A stretch of 64,000 nt of DNA, taken from positions 23,622,001-23,686,000 of the forward strand of contig OX597825.1 in NCBI GenBank assembly GCA_951406725.2, in the 5' to 3' direction. The stretch comes from Octopus vulgaris (lineage: Eukaryota). Below are positions 11,746-26,274 of the stretch, one piece after another. The position numbers and the translations under genes were made by a program. The notes under the pieces are model-generated. The model searched no databases, was not told the DNA's origin, and saw nothing but the letters and a program-made list of their open reading frames with translations. The stretch's first letter is position 1; each line of letters opens with the position of its first letter.

Positions 11746-12364
11746 GCTCTGAGTTTTAAATCTATTGAGAATAGTTATATCACAGTTCCGGTAGCAGGAA
11801 TCCGTCCGCTGATTCTGTAGATAGTAATCCGCCGCACTAATGATTTGTCCAGCTAATATTTCACTGTCATCACGCATAAACAAATAATTCCCTTTCAATG
11901 TTCAGTGAAATATTGACACACAAATACTTCTGACCAAGAAATTATTATTCTACGTTCATTAAAAACTGCAATTAACAATTTATAATTTATATTGGCGAAA
12001 CAGTCATAAAAATGTAAATTATTAGATTAATTAAGCTCATTATATAATCTCTATTCAGTGAATGATTTTTGTGACCTTTATCGGGTCAGTAGGATACCAG
12101 ACATAATGCAGTATTGCAGTATTATGAACAAAATAGTTTAGTGAGCTCAAATACGGTAGGAGTATGATTGTTTCCTTTTTATCTCCATGTATTTTGATGA
12201 AATCGGGTTTTTAATGGGATCGTTTCAATAGACACAGAAACGGAACTGCAGAAAGTCGTAGAGTAGCGCTAACCAGTAATTAAATATCCCACTTTATATT
12301 CAACAATTCATTTAATAATTACTATATTAATTTGCTTATTTTTACAGTAATAATAGAATACTAT

Positions 12365-12483
12365 AGGCGCATGAGTGGGTGAGTGTTAAGTAGCTTGCTT
12401 ACCAACCACGTGGTTCCGGGTTCAGTCCCACTGCGTGGCACCTTCGGAAAGTGTCTTCTACTATAGCCTCGAGCCAACCAAAG

Positions 12484-12485
<2 letters not shown>
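12365..12485 (+). mobile_element. SINE family A head
   Basis: ggcgcatgagtgg...ggttccgggttcagtcccactgcgtggc. Confidence 0.8.
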
Positions 12486-12560
<75 letters not shown>

Positions 12561-12564
12561 TCAA

Positions 12565-12902
<338 letters not shown>

Positions 12903-13194
12903 TGTGTGTTTGTGTGTGTGTGTGTGTGTGTGTAATAAAATAGATTTTAGTGTTGTTCACCACCAGTTGAAAGACATTAACGACATATTGAAAGTGAAAT
13001 GGTTACATCTGAAAATAATGGATTGCAGTGTCAACTTTAAACGTAACCTACCAGGACATTGACACTGACCTGTTAGCAAAATAGAACTGATTGTCAATAA
13101 TGTTTTACTCCTGATCAACACTGAGCGAATAAACATATGATCCGAGGCGTTATAACCGTGACTATCCCATTTAGTTTACTTATATATAATTCGT

Positions 13195-13602
13195 TATTGC
13201 CCACAAGGGGCTAAATATAGAGAGGACAAACAAGGACAGACAAAGGGACTAAATCAATTACATCGACCATAATGCGTAACTGGCACTTATTTAATCGACC
13301 GTGAAAGGATGAAAGCCAAAGTCGACCTCGGCGGAATTTGAACTCAGAACGTAGCGGCAGACGAAATACCTATTTCTTTACTACCCACAAGGGGCTAATC
13401 TCAGAGAGGATAATGAATGACAGACAAACGGATTAAGTCGATTATATCGACCCCAGTGCGTTACTGGTATTTAATTTATCGACCCCGAAAGGATAAAAAG
13501 GCAAAGTCGACCTCGGTGGAATTTGAACTCAGAACGTAGCGGCATACGAAATACCGCTTAGAATTACGCCCGGTGTGCTAACGATTCTGCCAGCTCGCCG
13601 TC
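13195..13602 (-). mobile_element. Dimeric SINE family B inserted in an older repeat (halves at about 13095-13175 and 13620-13735)
   Basis: Two tandem B bodies, the second lacking the head; flanks resemble the old repeat seen at about 59110-59300. Confidence 0.75.
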
Positions 13603-14342
13603 TTTTAAATTACTTCTATTTTCAGGTGATACATTTTCCAGTCTGTTCTTTTTTCAAGATGCTAAAGCATAATTTGAAACAGAGATTGCTGCTATTTCTA
13701 GCAGATCAAACGATCTCGTAGAGACTCCCTTGTTAGTCTGACTGGAATCTCTCTTGGAATCTATCGATATTGATTTCTTTTGTAGGTACAAAGCCAATAT
13801 TTGTAGAGAAATGTGTGTCTATGAGGGGAAGGGAATAATGGGCGACCAAGCAGGAATTGAACTTCGATGGCAGAGGGTTGAACATAAATTCTGTAAAGAT
13901 CACTCCCTCTCTATCTCAGCCATCTACCACCACCCATGCTGCAAGTAAAATAATTTCTTAATGTCAGACTTTTGGAAGAGGACAACTATAAGTAATTACT
14001 TCGCTCAATATGTTTATAGCAGATATTTTACTGTTCCTGAAGGATTGAAGAATAAAACTAACCGCCGTAGGATTTATTTCTAGGAACACAAAGGGTTGAA
14101 ACGAAATACTTCAATCATTTGGAAAATGTTTCATGCTGGTTTAAAGCCATACATTTGAAGAGAAAACGTAAATTAAACCAATGTATTACTGTTATTGATT
14201 GTTTTAAAGTCAAGGTTGACCTCAGGACTTAAAGCGGTGACCTGCTAATTATAATCCTCCGTTGCTCTAAGAAGAAAAAGGCATTGCCAGATTGCTTAGT
14301 ACGTTGTACAACAAGCTTTGCGTTATTTATTACTGATACTAA

Positions 14343-14710
14343 GGCGGCGAGCTGGCAGAATCGTTAGCACGCTGGACGAAAATGCTAAGCCGTATTTCGT
14401 CTGCCGCTATGTTCTGAGTTCAAATTCCGCCGAGGTCGGCTTTGCCTTTCATCCTTTCGGGGTCGATAAATTAAGTACCAGCCACGCACTGTCTGTCCTT
14501 GTTTGTCCCCTCTATGTTTAGACCCTTGTGGGCAATATAGAAATAGGTATTTCGTCAGTCTTCATGTTCTGTGTTCAAATTCTGCCGAGGTCGACTTTGC
14601 TTTTCTTCCTTTCGGGGTCGATAAACTAAGTACCAGTTACGCACTGGGGTCGTTTCTAATCGACTCATCCCTCCTCCAAAATTTCAGGCCTTGTGCCTAT
14701 AGTAGAAATG
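14343..14710 (+). mobile_element. Dimeric SINE family B
   Basis: Head at 14343; second monomer starts at aggtatttcgtc near 14545. Confidence 0.8.
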
Positions 14711-14996
14711 ATGATTTATTACTGATATTTAAGATACGAGTTCAAATCAGGCTGAGTTCAACTCTACCTTTCACCCTAATGGATCTAAAATGTGAGAAAT
14801 CAGTCAGTATTGTACTTGATGTTATTGAATAAATCCTATACACAAAGAAATGGCGACGTGCTTGCTTTGAAACTATGTGGTTTCGGGTTCAGTACTACAG
14901 TGCAGTGGCACTTTGGGTGAGTGTATTCAGCTGTTACTCGGAGCCGAACAATGTCTTATAAATATTTGGTAGATGGAAACTGTACAAGTCCGTTGC

Positions 14997-15039
<43 letters not shown>

Positions 15040-15054
15040 TAGATAGATAAAACT

Positions 15055-16140
15055 TACTTGGGAGAGAATGCGTGGCGTTCGATCATATAATAATATAAAT
15101 AATATTATATAAATAATATATGCATATATACATATATGTATACATCTACACACGCACATACATATATATATATATATGCATATGGATACAGGACATAAAA
15201 AAACGTAGGCAGAATGAGAAACGAGAACATAAACAGAAACATAGAAAACGAACATTAAGAGCATTCCCTTCAACAGTTGTCCCCTGTTATATCAACTCCT
15301 CGTTCGAAGGAAAGGACAAGACGCGACTTCCTTAAAACGGTCCTTCCCGCAAAGCAAATTGAATAAAATTTGGGATTTTTTTGCGGAGAGTGAAAGTGGT
15401 AACAAAAACAGGGCAGTGAGAACAAAACAGTGAAAACAAACGGTAAGGGTTTTTTCCAAATACATTTTATCCTAATAATTACGATGCGCACACTTATTCT
15501 ATCTCTTTTCTGTCTATCTCTCTCCCGGTCTTGTTCTTCTTCCTTTCTTTTTTTCTCTCCCACCCTTTCCCTATTTTCTCCTCTCCACTTCACCATTCCC
15601 TCTCTGTCTCTCACTCTTCCTCCTTGACTCTCTCGTTGCTCACACGTGACGAACGGTCATCCTTCTTTCTTTCTACGCCCTTCCATCCTAAACACAAGAC
15701 GTGCTTTTATCTGTCTCTTCTCAAAGCTCGTTTTTCCAGCGTTCACCACTTCACATCGTCTTGACTTAATAGCCCACACCTTTTGTTTTCACTATTTTGT
15801 TCTCACTGTCCTGTTTTGTTACCATTTTCACCCTCCGCAAAACATCCCAAATTTTATTTAATTTGCTGTTTTAAGGAAGTCACGTCTTGTCCGTACCTTC
15901 AAAACACAGATTAGGTAAAACAGGGTACAACTGATGAAAGGAATATTCTTAATCTTGCATGTGCTGTTTCTCTGTTTCTTCTTTCCGTTGTTCGAAAAAA
16001 GTTCCTTTTTTATGTTTTTGTTTTTTATTTTCTCGTTTCTCATTCTGTCTACGTTTTTTGATGTCCTGTACCCATATATGCATGTATATATACATATACA
16101 TATATATAGGTATGTACATATATGTATGTATATATGCATA
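15055..16140. mobile_element. Foldback element, probably a PLE terminus; arms about 15176-15440 and 15782-16080
   Basis: tacaggacat...cagaatgagaaacgagaa...ggacaagacgcgacttccttaaaac...gtgaaaacaaa mirrored on the right arm; same terminus (atgcgtggcgttcgatcatataat) recurs at 39540-39715. Confidence 0.7.
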
Positions 16141-16165
16141 TATTTATATATTATATATACATATT

Positions 16166-16207
<42 letters not shown>

Positions 16208-16254
16208 CATATGTGTGTGTGTGAGTGTGTGTGTTTGTCTGTGTGAGTGTGTGC

Positions 16255-16460
16255 GTGCACGTTTTGTGTCAGTATTTGTCCCTACGACTGCTTGACAACC
16301 AGTGTTGTTTTGTGTAAGTCCCTGTAACTTAGCGGTTCGGCAAAATAAATAAATCGAATAAGGACCCAACTTTAAAAGAAAAATAAGTACTGGGGCCGAT
16401 TTATTCGACTAGAACCTCCAAGGGGATGCACCAGCATGGTCACAATCCAATAACTGAAAA
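16255..16460 (+). mobile_element. SINE family A tail, diverged
   Basis: gcttgacaacc...acttagcggttcggcaaa...ccagcatgg. Confidence 0.7.
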
Positions 16461-17036
16461 AAAGTCCAATAACAAAAGGTTAGAAAGACTGTCGGCCTTT
16501 CTCTGGATACGAACTAGGATGAATACACATATATAAAAGCAACTCTTCAGATGTGTAAACATTTCCCCCAGCGTGGGCCCACATGATTATCAATAGCTGT
16601 TATGGTCTGCAATGTTTTTTCACCCTAAAGAGAAGATAAAAATTCAGATTAGATAAAAGATCAGAAGACATAAAAAAAAGTCTTCCTGGTATTTCTTTAA
16701 GCAAATCTCAAGATATTATCATTGTCGATCACACAATGTCACACAATGTCACTGACATGGTGAAATAAATTTCAGCTGATAAAGTTGGACATTTCAAATA
16801 ATTCCACTTTACTTTCTATTGTCTGAACTTGCCTCGTCTGCAAGCCTGACCCAGTTGCTAATACCGTCTGATTGGGTATTAATTGAATATTGATTTAATA
16901 ACCGAATTTTTGTTATATAATGTTCTATTGTTTTTTTTAGACATTGTTAATTATGATTTTAAAGTGTATATATGTGTATGTATGTATATATTTGTGATTT
17001 ATATGTATAAATACATTCATTCACGCACAGACCCCA

Positions 17037-17143
<107 letters not shown>

Positions 17144-17228
17144 ATGAGGGAATATATATAAGATGTAATTTTTCTAAATGGTATAATTTAATTTTTCATT
17201 ATTGAATTGATAAAAAGTGTTTTTTTCT

Positions 17229-17298
<70 letters not shown>

Positions 17299-17498
17299 AG
17301 TATACAGATAGATACAGATGTATTCTAGGCTACCCGTGACCCGTTGGGTCACCTGGAAAGTCTGAGCGATGGAGTTTTGTTTTGTGGGTTTTTTTTACTT
17401 TTCAAGCTTATTCCGCATGCTTTCAACGAATGTGACGTAGAAATCACGTCTAAAAGGGCTCTTGACTGCTATTTCTTTCACACCCTCCTGCTACCTAC

Positions 17499-17721
17499 CA
17501 TGTAACAGGTATTTCGGGTCCTTTATCGCAAACAGCTGCTACGTGGTAAGAGGGCGTGCTAGAAATAGCAGACAAATCTTTGGAGCTGAGATTCCTTGAA
17601 TGCACTCGAAAAAGGGTTTTTAATGGTATTCCCTTGGGGCGATCTTTCCATTTGACTCTCAGAACAGTGACTTTGACTCTCAGGACTTTCATCCGGATCA
17701 GCTGGTTTTGTTCGTTAATTC
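17499..17721 (-). other. Candidate spliced exon (coding status unknown)
   Basis: Minus-strand acceptor ttttacag|G at 17721 and donor ATG|gtaggt at 17499; one frame is open throughout; contains a fragment of an old repeat. Confidence 0.3.
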
Positions 17722-17809
17722 CTGTAAAATTTATTTATTTATTTACTTTTGTTTCAAAGTGAAAGGGAGGAGAAAGTGAAAGATATATGAACGTATATAT
17801 GAAATGGAC

Positions 17810-17867
<58 letters not shown>

Positions 17868-18169
17868 GTGCCAACTTACACATACGGGAAAACACACACG
17901 TTCCCTCACTCACTCTCTCTCTCTTTCTCTCTCACACACACATGCGCAAGTACATACAAAAAAGATGTACGCATGTGTATTGATGTATTTATGTATACAT
18001 GACAACACACCCCTCTCTCTTTCTATTTCTCTCTCTTTATCTCTTTCGTACACACACGCCCATTTCATATACACGTACATACATCTTTCATTTCCTCCCC
18101 TCTTTCACTTTAAAACAAAAGGAAATAAATAAAATTTGTTTACGGAAATAAACGAATAAAGATAAAATA

Positions 18170-18520
18170 TACATACTTACAGTACGAGCAACTTACACTT
18201 TGAAATCACATCCAGTTAAAATTATTTCTAAATGTTTAAGATATTGTGTACGTCAAAAAAGCGAAGTTTTTTTTCTTAGATAGTATGAAGTCTATGTGTG
18301 TGTATATGTCACAGATAGCGGAAGTGTGTTTGTGTTAATTGACAAGCCGTGACATTCATGATATGTGTGTGTATTCTGTATGTGTGAATGTGTGTTGGCG
18401 TCACGAGAGCCATGTTTTTTCCATCCAGAAATAACAAACAAAAATTGCGTTTAATCGTTTTCATTAAAAAACGGAGGTCCAAATATCACAAAAATTTGTA
18501 CTGCACTGCCGAAGGTAAGT
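18170..18520. promoter_or_regulatory. Candidate bidirectional promoter / first exons
   Basis: Minus-strand donors gtaagt at 18180 and 18196, plus-strand donor AAG|GTAAGT at 18514; ETS-like GCGGAAGTG at 18318 and CRE-like half sites between them. Confidence 0.3.
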
Positions 18521-18675
18521 ATAAAAATAAATATGCAAAAATAATTAAGATAAAATATACTATTTCTGAGATATAGATATTTCGCGTACACACAAACATG
18601 TCTAGAGTTTTAGCATTATTAAGATATGTATGTATATATACATACATACATACATAGATACATACATACATACAT

Positions 18676-18727
<52 letters not shown>

Positions 18728-18768
18728 TACATATATATGTATAGATAAACATATAAATATAAATATAT

Positions 18769-18813
<45 letters not shown>

Positions 18814-18965
18814 TGTATAAATATACATATATATACATACATACATAATTAGATAAAGATAAATATGACCGGTCTATGGGGCTACCCTGGGTTTCGCGTC
18901 CAAAAGGCACTTATATTTATGGCGTTTCTTCAGGCCCTAATGGCCGGTGGTCTATGATCTCTCTT

Positions 18966-19200
18966 CAAAGATGAACTGAAGGCAAGGATTATGACAGCAT
19001 TCAGCAACTTAAACAAGGAGACCATCCGGAAGTGCTGCAAGAGGTTCCAAACTAGTCTAGAGGCTGTGGTTGAAACGAATGTTGATTTTATTGAATAAAT
19101 TTTTTCTTTAGTATTTCTAGATATTTTAATGTAATTTTGGTAAATACATCTGTTAAAACGAGATGTCAGTGTTATTTACATTTTTTCGTAATTTAGACGA
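18966..19200 (+). mobile_element. Second DD37D transposon fragment (transposase C-terminus and subterminal region)
   Basis: KDELKARIMTAFSNLNKETIRKCCKRFQTSLEAVVETNVDFIE*; reverse-complement homolog of 7850-8090. Confidence 0.8.
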
Positions 19201-19201
19201 C

Positions 19202-19280
<79 letters not shown>

Positions 19281-19285
19281 CGTAC

Positions 19286-19330
<45 letters not shown>

Positions 19331-20194
19331 CATATATACATTGATATATGGAGACATACATACATATACATGTATGTGCGTCTGCTTGAATATGTGTTTG
19401 TGTGAATGTGTTAATAAAATATACGTATATACATACATGTGTGTATATGTATGTGTGTATGTGTGTGTGCGTGCTTATACTTTTTTTTATTACCAATAAT
19501 AAATACATTCTTAGTACAATATTTGAATTTAATTAAAATATTTGAAAACAAAAAGAGAAAGCTAAACTAACATCTAAGAAACATTAATAATTTTTATGAG
19601 AGCCATTGGTTTCTAGTTAACTATTTTAGTTATAATGAAGAACATTATATGTTTTTAATTATTTCTTTCTTTCGTTCATTAAAAGTTTTAATGAATCTAT
19701 TTTCTGTGTTCATTGCTATAAAAAATTCGATTTTTATTCTTAACCAATAATTATTATTAAGTTCATTATCAATTCTATATTATGTGAATAAAATTTCATG
19801 CTTCATATTTCTCCACAATTGAAAAATTTAGTGATGTTTTTATGACAAAAAAATTCAGGGTATTTAGGTAATTCAACCATTTTTAATTATTTTAAAATAA
19901 TGGCAGATACAGTTTTAAATATGGCCGCCGTGAAAATTGTATTTCGGCGAAATACAAGGGTTGATTCAATGTGTATCCTTCTGTTCAAGTGAGGAAGTGT
20001 CATCGAATTTCGAAAGGAGAAAAGTATTCTTTTGTAGTGAATTTGTCAAAGGATGGGAAACTGTTGAGAAAATAGCTAGAATGTATAGAACTACTCTAAG
20101 CATGTGTAGGTTAGAAAACGACAGATGAAAGAGTAGACTTGCATTTGGTGGGATTTTTGATGTCCATTGACTGGCCCTAGTCTGAGGTCCTTTT

Positions 20195-20533
20195 GTATCA
20201 ACCTTCAGTCATGAAGGACCATGGGATTGCACCAAGGAAGTTACCTTCCGAGGCTCAAGTCCGGTCAAGGTCGTTTATGGCAGACCAGCAATCGCCGATA
20301 CATAACAGCCTTCCACTCTCAATGCCACCGATGTTATCCAAAGGAAAGGCAAAAACTGATACAGCTTGGCACCAGTGACATCATAACTCATTTCTACAGC
20401 TGAGTGAAGTGGAGCAAATATGAGATAAAGTGTCTTGCTCAAGAACACAACAAACAGCTTGGCTCCAGGAATCGAACTCACAACCCGATGATTGTGAGTC
20501 CTACGCTCTAACCACCGAGCCAACAGCCTTCAC
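20195..20533 (-). mobile_element. tRNA-derived SINE family D
   Basis: Minus strand tggctcggtggttagagcg (A box), gagttcgattcc (B box), then gtgttcttgagcaagacacttta central domain. Confidence 0.75.
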
Positions 20534-21036
20534 ATGACCACTGAATCGTACTTATATTCATGTATGTGTATGTTATGCTTGTTTTTTGTTTCATTTTCCT
20601 TATCCTACTTTATGTCACCTCTGTGTATAAATTGCCTTAGTAAATCACCTTCATCCAATAATTCTGTGGCAAAGGAAAAGGAACAATCATAACAACAACA
20701 ATAATAACATCTAGGGTCATGTTGAGATGACCATTTAATAACGCACGAAAATAAGTAATCATTGTTTTAAATGATTCCCATATGTTAAATGATTTATCTA
20801 ACCTATCTGTTATCGAAACGAATATAACCATATAATGAATAGTGTATTTATAAATTCCTCATTTTATCCAATCTATGTTATATTCTACAGTTGACTTAAA
20901 ACAGCTGGGGTTTCAGCTGATGTGGGATGCGTTGTTTTACGGAAAGTTTTCACATCCATACATCTTGTTAGTCACGATTTATGAGGTATTCGCCTGGGTC
21001 TCATACATCCCTCTTTACGTACTCTATATACATTAA

Positions 21037-21262
21037 GGCGGCGAGCTGACAGAATCGTTAGCACGCCGGGCGAAATGTGTAGCCGTATTTCGTCTGCAAT
21101 TACGTTCTGAGTTCAAATTCCGCCGAGGTCGACTTTGCTTTTCATCCTTTCGGGGTCGATAAATTAAGTACCAGTTACGCACTGGGGTCGATGTAATCGA
21201 CTTAATCAGTTTGTCCTTGTTTGTCCCCTCTGTGTTTAGCCCCTTGTGGGTAGTAAAGAAAT
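21037..21262 (+). mobile_element. SINE family B, full length
   Basis: Closely matches 10765-10990. Confidence 0.9.
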
Positions 21263-21736
21263 ATATATACATGTGTGTGTATCTATGTATATCCTCATTT
21301 TCCTCTTCTGAATGATTTTTCTCCGTCTTCCATTCTGGCAATGTTTGGGCGTTTTGGCAGGATCCGATGAACCAGACGATCGCCCCAAATTTTACCACCG
21401 GCTTTGGCATGGTGTCTGTGGTCGGATACCTTTCCTAACAACAGCTTCTTCTTCACCAAGATGCCTGAATACAAACACATTTATGTATAATTATATATTT
21501 TTACGTATATGCCGAATATACGCAATTGAGACAGTGTTTAATTAAAATAGTCATCTATCTATCACGCCTAAAGCATGCACATTAAGTATGATAGAGTGAT
21601 GTTTGTGTGTATGTATGTATGTATGTATGTATCTATCTATCTGTCTATCTATCTATATATATATATATGTATATACAGATACACATATATACATATATAC
21701 ATATACATATATATATACGTATATATATACATAATC

Positions 21737-21771
<35 letters not shown>

Positions 21772-21781
21772 TATACATACA

Positions 21782-21817
<36 letters not shown>

Positions 21818-22604
21818 CATACATATATATATATACATACATACATACATACATACATACATACATACATACACACATATATATATATATATATATATAT
21901 TTTTACGTGTTCGTGTTACTGTTCTTTTCTGTGTGTGTTTGGATGTTTGATGCACCCGCGAAGCGAACTGACTGCCCCTAGTAGATCAGCTTGTGAACAC
22001 TTCCTCAACATTGCATCGCCCAAATAACATGTATTTAAATCATAGTGAGCACGACAGCAATGAGAAACAGACAAGTGTGCAATTGAAGGATGTACACCCG
22101 TATAATCGCACCTTATGCTACTTTCTCAATATCCTTTAGATGCTAGCATGATCAATAATAAATTCTTTGTGGTCCTCTTAATTTATGGGCACGTTCGACT
22201 TTCTGTCAAATGTTGTCATACCTCATTAGGTTTCACTGTATGCAAATTCTCACGTTCATTGCGCATTCCTTGATGCATAATTCACAATAGATATTGCAAC
22301 GGATGCAATATGCTATTTCATTTAACGGCACTTTAGTATAAATTATTTACAAGTCTCCGTGTAGTTTATAGACTTCGTTTCGCAAAAGCGAAGTAGTTAA
22401 TAGACTGCGCTATATGCAAAGAAACATATATTTTTGACTTGAATATATATACCTGGAAAATGTATATACACACATACATATATGCGCATGCTCACACTCA
22501 TAGAAGTACATCGCCTCTGTGACACTGGTTGCATTTGCCCATTTCAGACGCCATATTTGTTGAACAGAAGTAGTGAATATTTACATACTACCAGTACTAC
22601 TTGT

Positions 22605-22912
22605 GGAGGCACATGGCCTAGTGGTTAGAGCAGCGGACTCGTGGTCGAGAGATCGCGGGTTCGAATCTTATACCGGGCGATGTGTGTGTTTATGAGCGAA
22701 ACACCTAAGCTCCACGCGTCTCTGGCAGAAGGTAATGGCGAAGTTCTGCTGACTCTTTCGCCACAACTTTCTCTCACTCTTTCCTCCTGCATCTTGCAGC
22801 TCACCTGCGACGGACCGGCGTCCCGTCCAGGTGGGGAACCTATACGCCCAGGAAACCGGGAAACTGGGCCTTATGAGCCAGGCGTGGCTCGAGAAGGTAC
22901 AAAAACAACAAA
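22605..22912 (+). mobile_element. tRNA-derived SINE family C, full length
   Basis: tggcctagtggttagagc (A box), gggttcgaatc (B box), gacggaccggcgtcccgtccagg domain, AAC-rich tail; other copies at 34190, 39940, 46529. Confidence 0.9.
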
Positions 22913-24157
22913 CTATTACTACTTTAGTTTTTCCTGTTCTTGCGCCATGGCAATGCTGTAGCCTGATCTGTTGGTTATATCGGTCCTAAGAGTGTGTTTT
23001 TAAAACATGGTCTTTAATTTGTCGTTCTCTACTTGTCGAATTGTTAAAGTACGGGATACAAACTGACGATACGTAGGAAAGCATGCATATATATAATACT
23101 TATATACAAGCATGCATATATACTCATGCATATGCATACAACTGAGACCCATATGCAAAATACTCCACGGTAAGTGCAGTATATTTGCCTTTTAGCAGTT
23201 GAAGTATGTGGCAAACATATTTCAACTAATCTAAATTCTGCTCATACCTAAACACTGCTTTGCGCCAATGCTTCATTACTTACCTTGATCGGGCGATCAA
23301 CTAGCGCAGTTCAGTCAACGTGTGGACTGAATTATATATAATGTTACAGTTTTATTAAGTTCGTTCTGAATTGCCTCTATTAGGTACATCTCATTGACAA
23401 GAGTAAAAGAAAAAATAACTCGAAACGTCGATATCTGAGATTCCTAACAGATAGCGACACTGAACGAATTGGGTGTTTTCAAACCTTTTTACCATAAGAT
23501 AGATTATTTTTCTTCACGGTAAGTGCAGTGTATTTGTCTGTTAGCAGTTCAAATATGTGACAAAACATATTTCAAATAACCTAAATTCTGCTCACATATA
23601 TACATGGGTATGTGTGTATGTGTGTACATATACAGACTCCAGCTCCCTCTACATCAGAATGATTCAAATAATCAAAGCTAGAAAATACATTCATTTTATA
23701 CACATACATATATACATACATACCTACATACACATACATATATACATACATACCTACATAAATACATACATACACAAGTACACATATATGGGACGGATGC
23801 AAGCTATAAGGCATTTGATTTATCTATTTAGTCTATCCCAATTTTAATTGCGTAACTATTTATCTGGTAATTCAACTTTGTATGTAAATAAAGGCAAAAA
23901 CCTAAACGCACGTGTTTATCTCACTGTGTTCCGTCTTTTTGCCTGTCTATAAGTGCTATCTATAAGTGAACCGAGGTTACTCCCTACCAAAAATATGACG
24001 TTGGATGCTGGTTTGCTCTTCCCCTCCACCAATTCTGTGTTCAAATAAGTTTATATATGTATTTGTATATATATATATATATATATATATACAAATACTT
24101 ACATAAACTTATGTATGTATGTATGTATGTATGTATGTATGTATGTATGTATGTATG

Positions 24158-24248
<91 letters not shown>

Positions 24249-24454
24249 CAAACAGCCACACACGCAGGAACTGAAGTATAACAGATTAATACTTTAACAG
24301 TGCAAAGGGAGAAATAGAAATGAATATGTAAGATTTTTTATTTATATTTATTAGTTTTTATTTATATTTTTTATTTATATTTACTAGTTTCAAAGTTTAC
24401 GACCCATAGAGCTATGTGTGTGAGTGTGCCTACATATATATACATATGTATTTA

Positions 24455-24495
<41 letters not shown>

Positions 24496-24498
24496 GTA

Positions 24499-24550
<52 letters not shown>

Positions 24551-24565
24551 CTATATATATATACA

Positions 24566-24908
24566 GGCGTGGCTGTGTGGTAAGAAACTTGCTTCCCAAC
24601 CACATGGTTCCAGGTTCAGTCCCACTGCGTGGCACCTATGGCAAGTGTATTCTACTATAGCCTCGGGCCGACCAGAGTGGATTTAGTAGCCGGAAACCGA
24701 AAGAAGCCCGTCGTGCATATATATATGTTTATATTCATGTGTTTGTGTGTTTGTGTATTTATTTCCACGAAACTTAACGGTTCGTGGAATAAGACCCGAT
24801 AGAATAAGTACTACATTTATAGGGAATAAGTTCTGAGGTCGATTTGTTTAACTAAAGTCGGTGCTCAAGTATGGCCGCTTTCAAATGACTGAAACGTGTA
24901 AAAGAGTA
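24566..24908 (+). mobile_element. SINE family A with internal deletions
   Basis: Aligns to 2415-2824. Confidence 0.85.
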
Positions 24909-25099
24909 AAAAGTATATATGAATATACACATATACACGTATATATAATGTATATACACCCTATGTATACATGCAAACAAATATACATATGTGTGTGCAT
25001 ACATACATAGATACATAGATACATATAAATATATATATATATATATATTCCAGTAAATATTGGTGCCTAGTTGTACCATTTATCTACTTTTATATATAT

Positions 25100-25190
<91 letters not shown>

Positions 25191-26020
25191 CATACATACA
25201 TACATACATACATACATACATACATACATACATACACACACATATATATATGTAGGCATATGCATATAAGTTTGTGTGACCTTGGCGTCTATGCTATTTG
25301 AATAAATCTACGTGTATAATAAACATTAAAAACATACACCAGTAACATGGTATGTATAAACAACGGAACGTAAAAATTAACAATATATAAATAGGAACGA
25401 AATTTAAGATAATCTAAGGAAATGCTGAAAATAAATATAAACATAAATCGTAGCAGGAATATCACAGGATTTTTCCATTCCCATCTTATTAACCTCGGAT
25501 TTAGGTTATCTATACTTCATCTCTGAGTCACTGGTTCATGTTATAAATGTATTTATATAGAATTCACCTCAGGCCATAAAGTTGATTTATGTCTTTATGT
25601 ATGTATTAAACTATCTATGTTTATTTCTTCGCATATCTTTCTGTGTGCGACTGCTGCTGTCTTTTTTTTTGTATGTATGTATGTATGTATGTATGTATGT
25701 ATGTATGTATGTATGTATGTATGTATGTATGTATGTATGTATGTATGTATGTATGTATGTATGTATGTATGTATGTATGCATGTATGTTTGTATGTATGT
25801 ATGTATATACATGCACACACTAGATATAGATAGATTGATAAATAGATAGATATAGAGATAGGTATAGATATATATATGTGTGTGTGCATGTGTGATTGTG
25901 AAACTGGAGTCATACAAAATAGCACACAGAAATAAATCACTGATATATATCATTTATACATATATACACGTCTATGTAGATATACATATACACACACATA
26001 TGTATATATATACATATACA

Positions 26021-26163
<143 letters not shown>

Positions 26164-26221
26164 CAAATGGTGCTATAAAGTTAGTCGTGGCCTGGATCAA
26201 TCTTTATTCGAGACACATCTA

Positions 26222-26274
<53 letters not shown>

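Noticed and set aside
19917-19957. YY1-like aaatatggccgcc plus 10-bp palindrome ttgtatttcg-g-cgaaatacaa
   Set aside because: Isolated short motifs; could be chance or a transposon scrap
21295-21480. Apparent minus-strand exon with a good acceptor
   Set aside because: Sequence (gttaggaaagg.atcc...accatgccaaagc...tgccagaatggaa..cgga) resembles a decayed SINE tail; no donor found
22605-22680. tRNA-like sequences at SINE heads
   Set aside because: They continue into SINE bodies and lack a full cloverleaf; not tRNA genes
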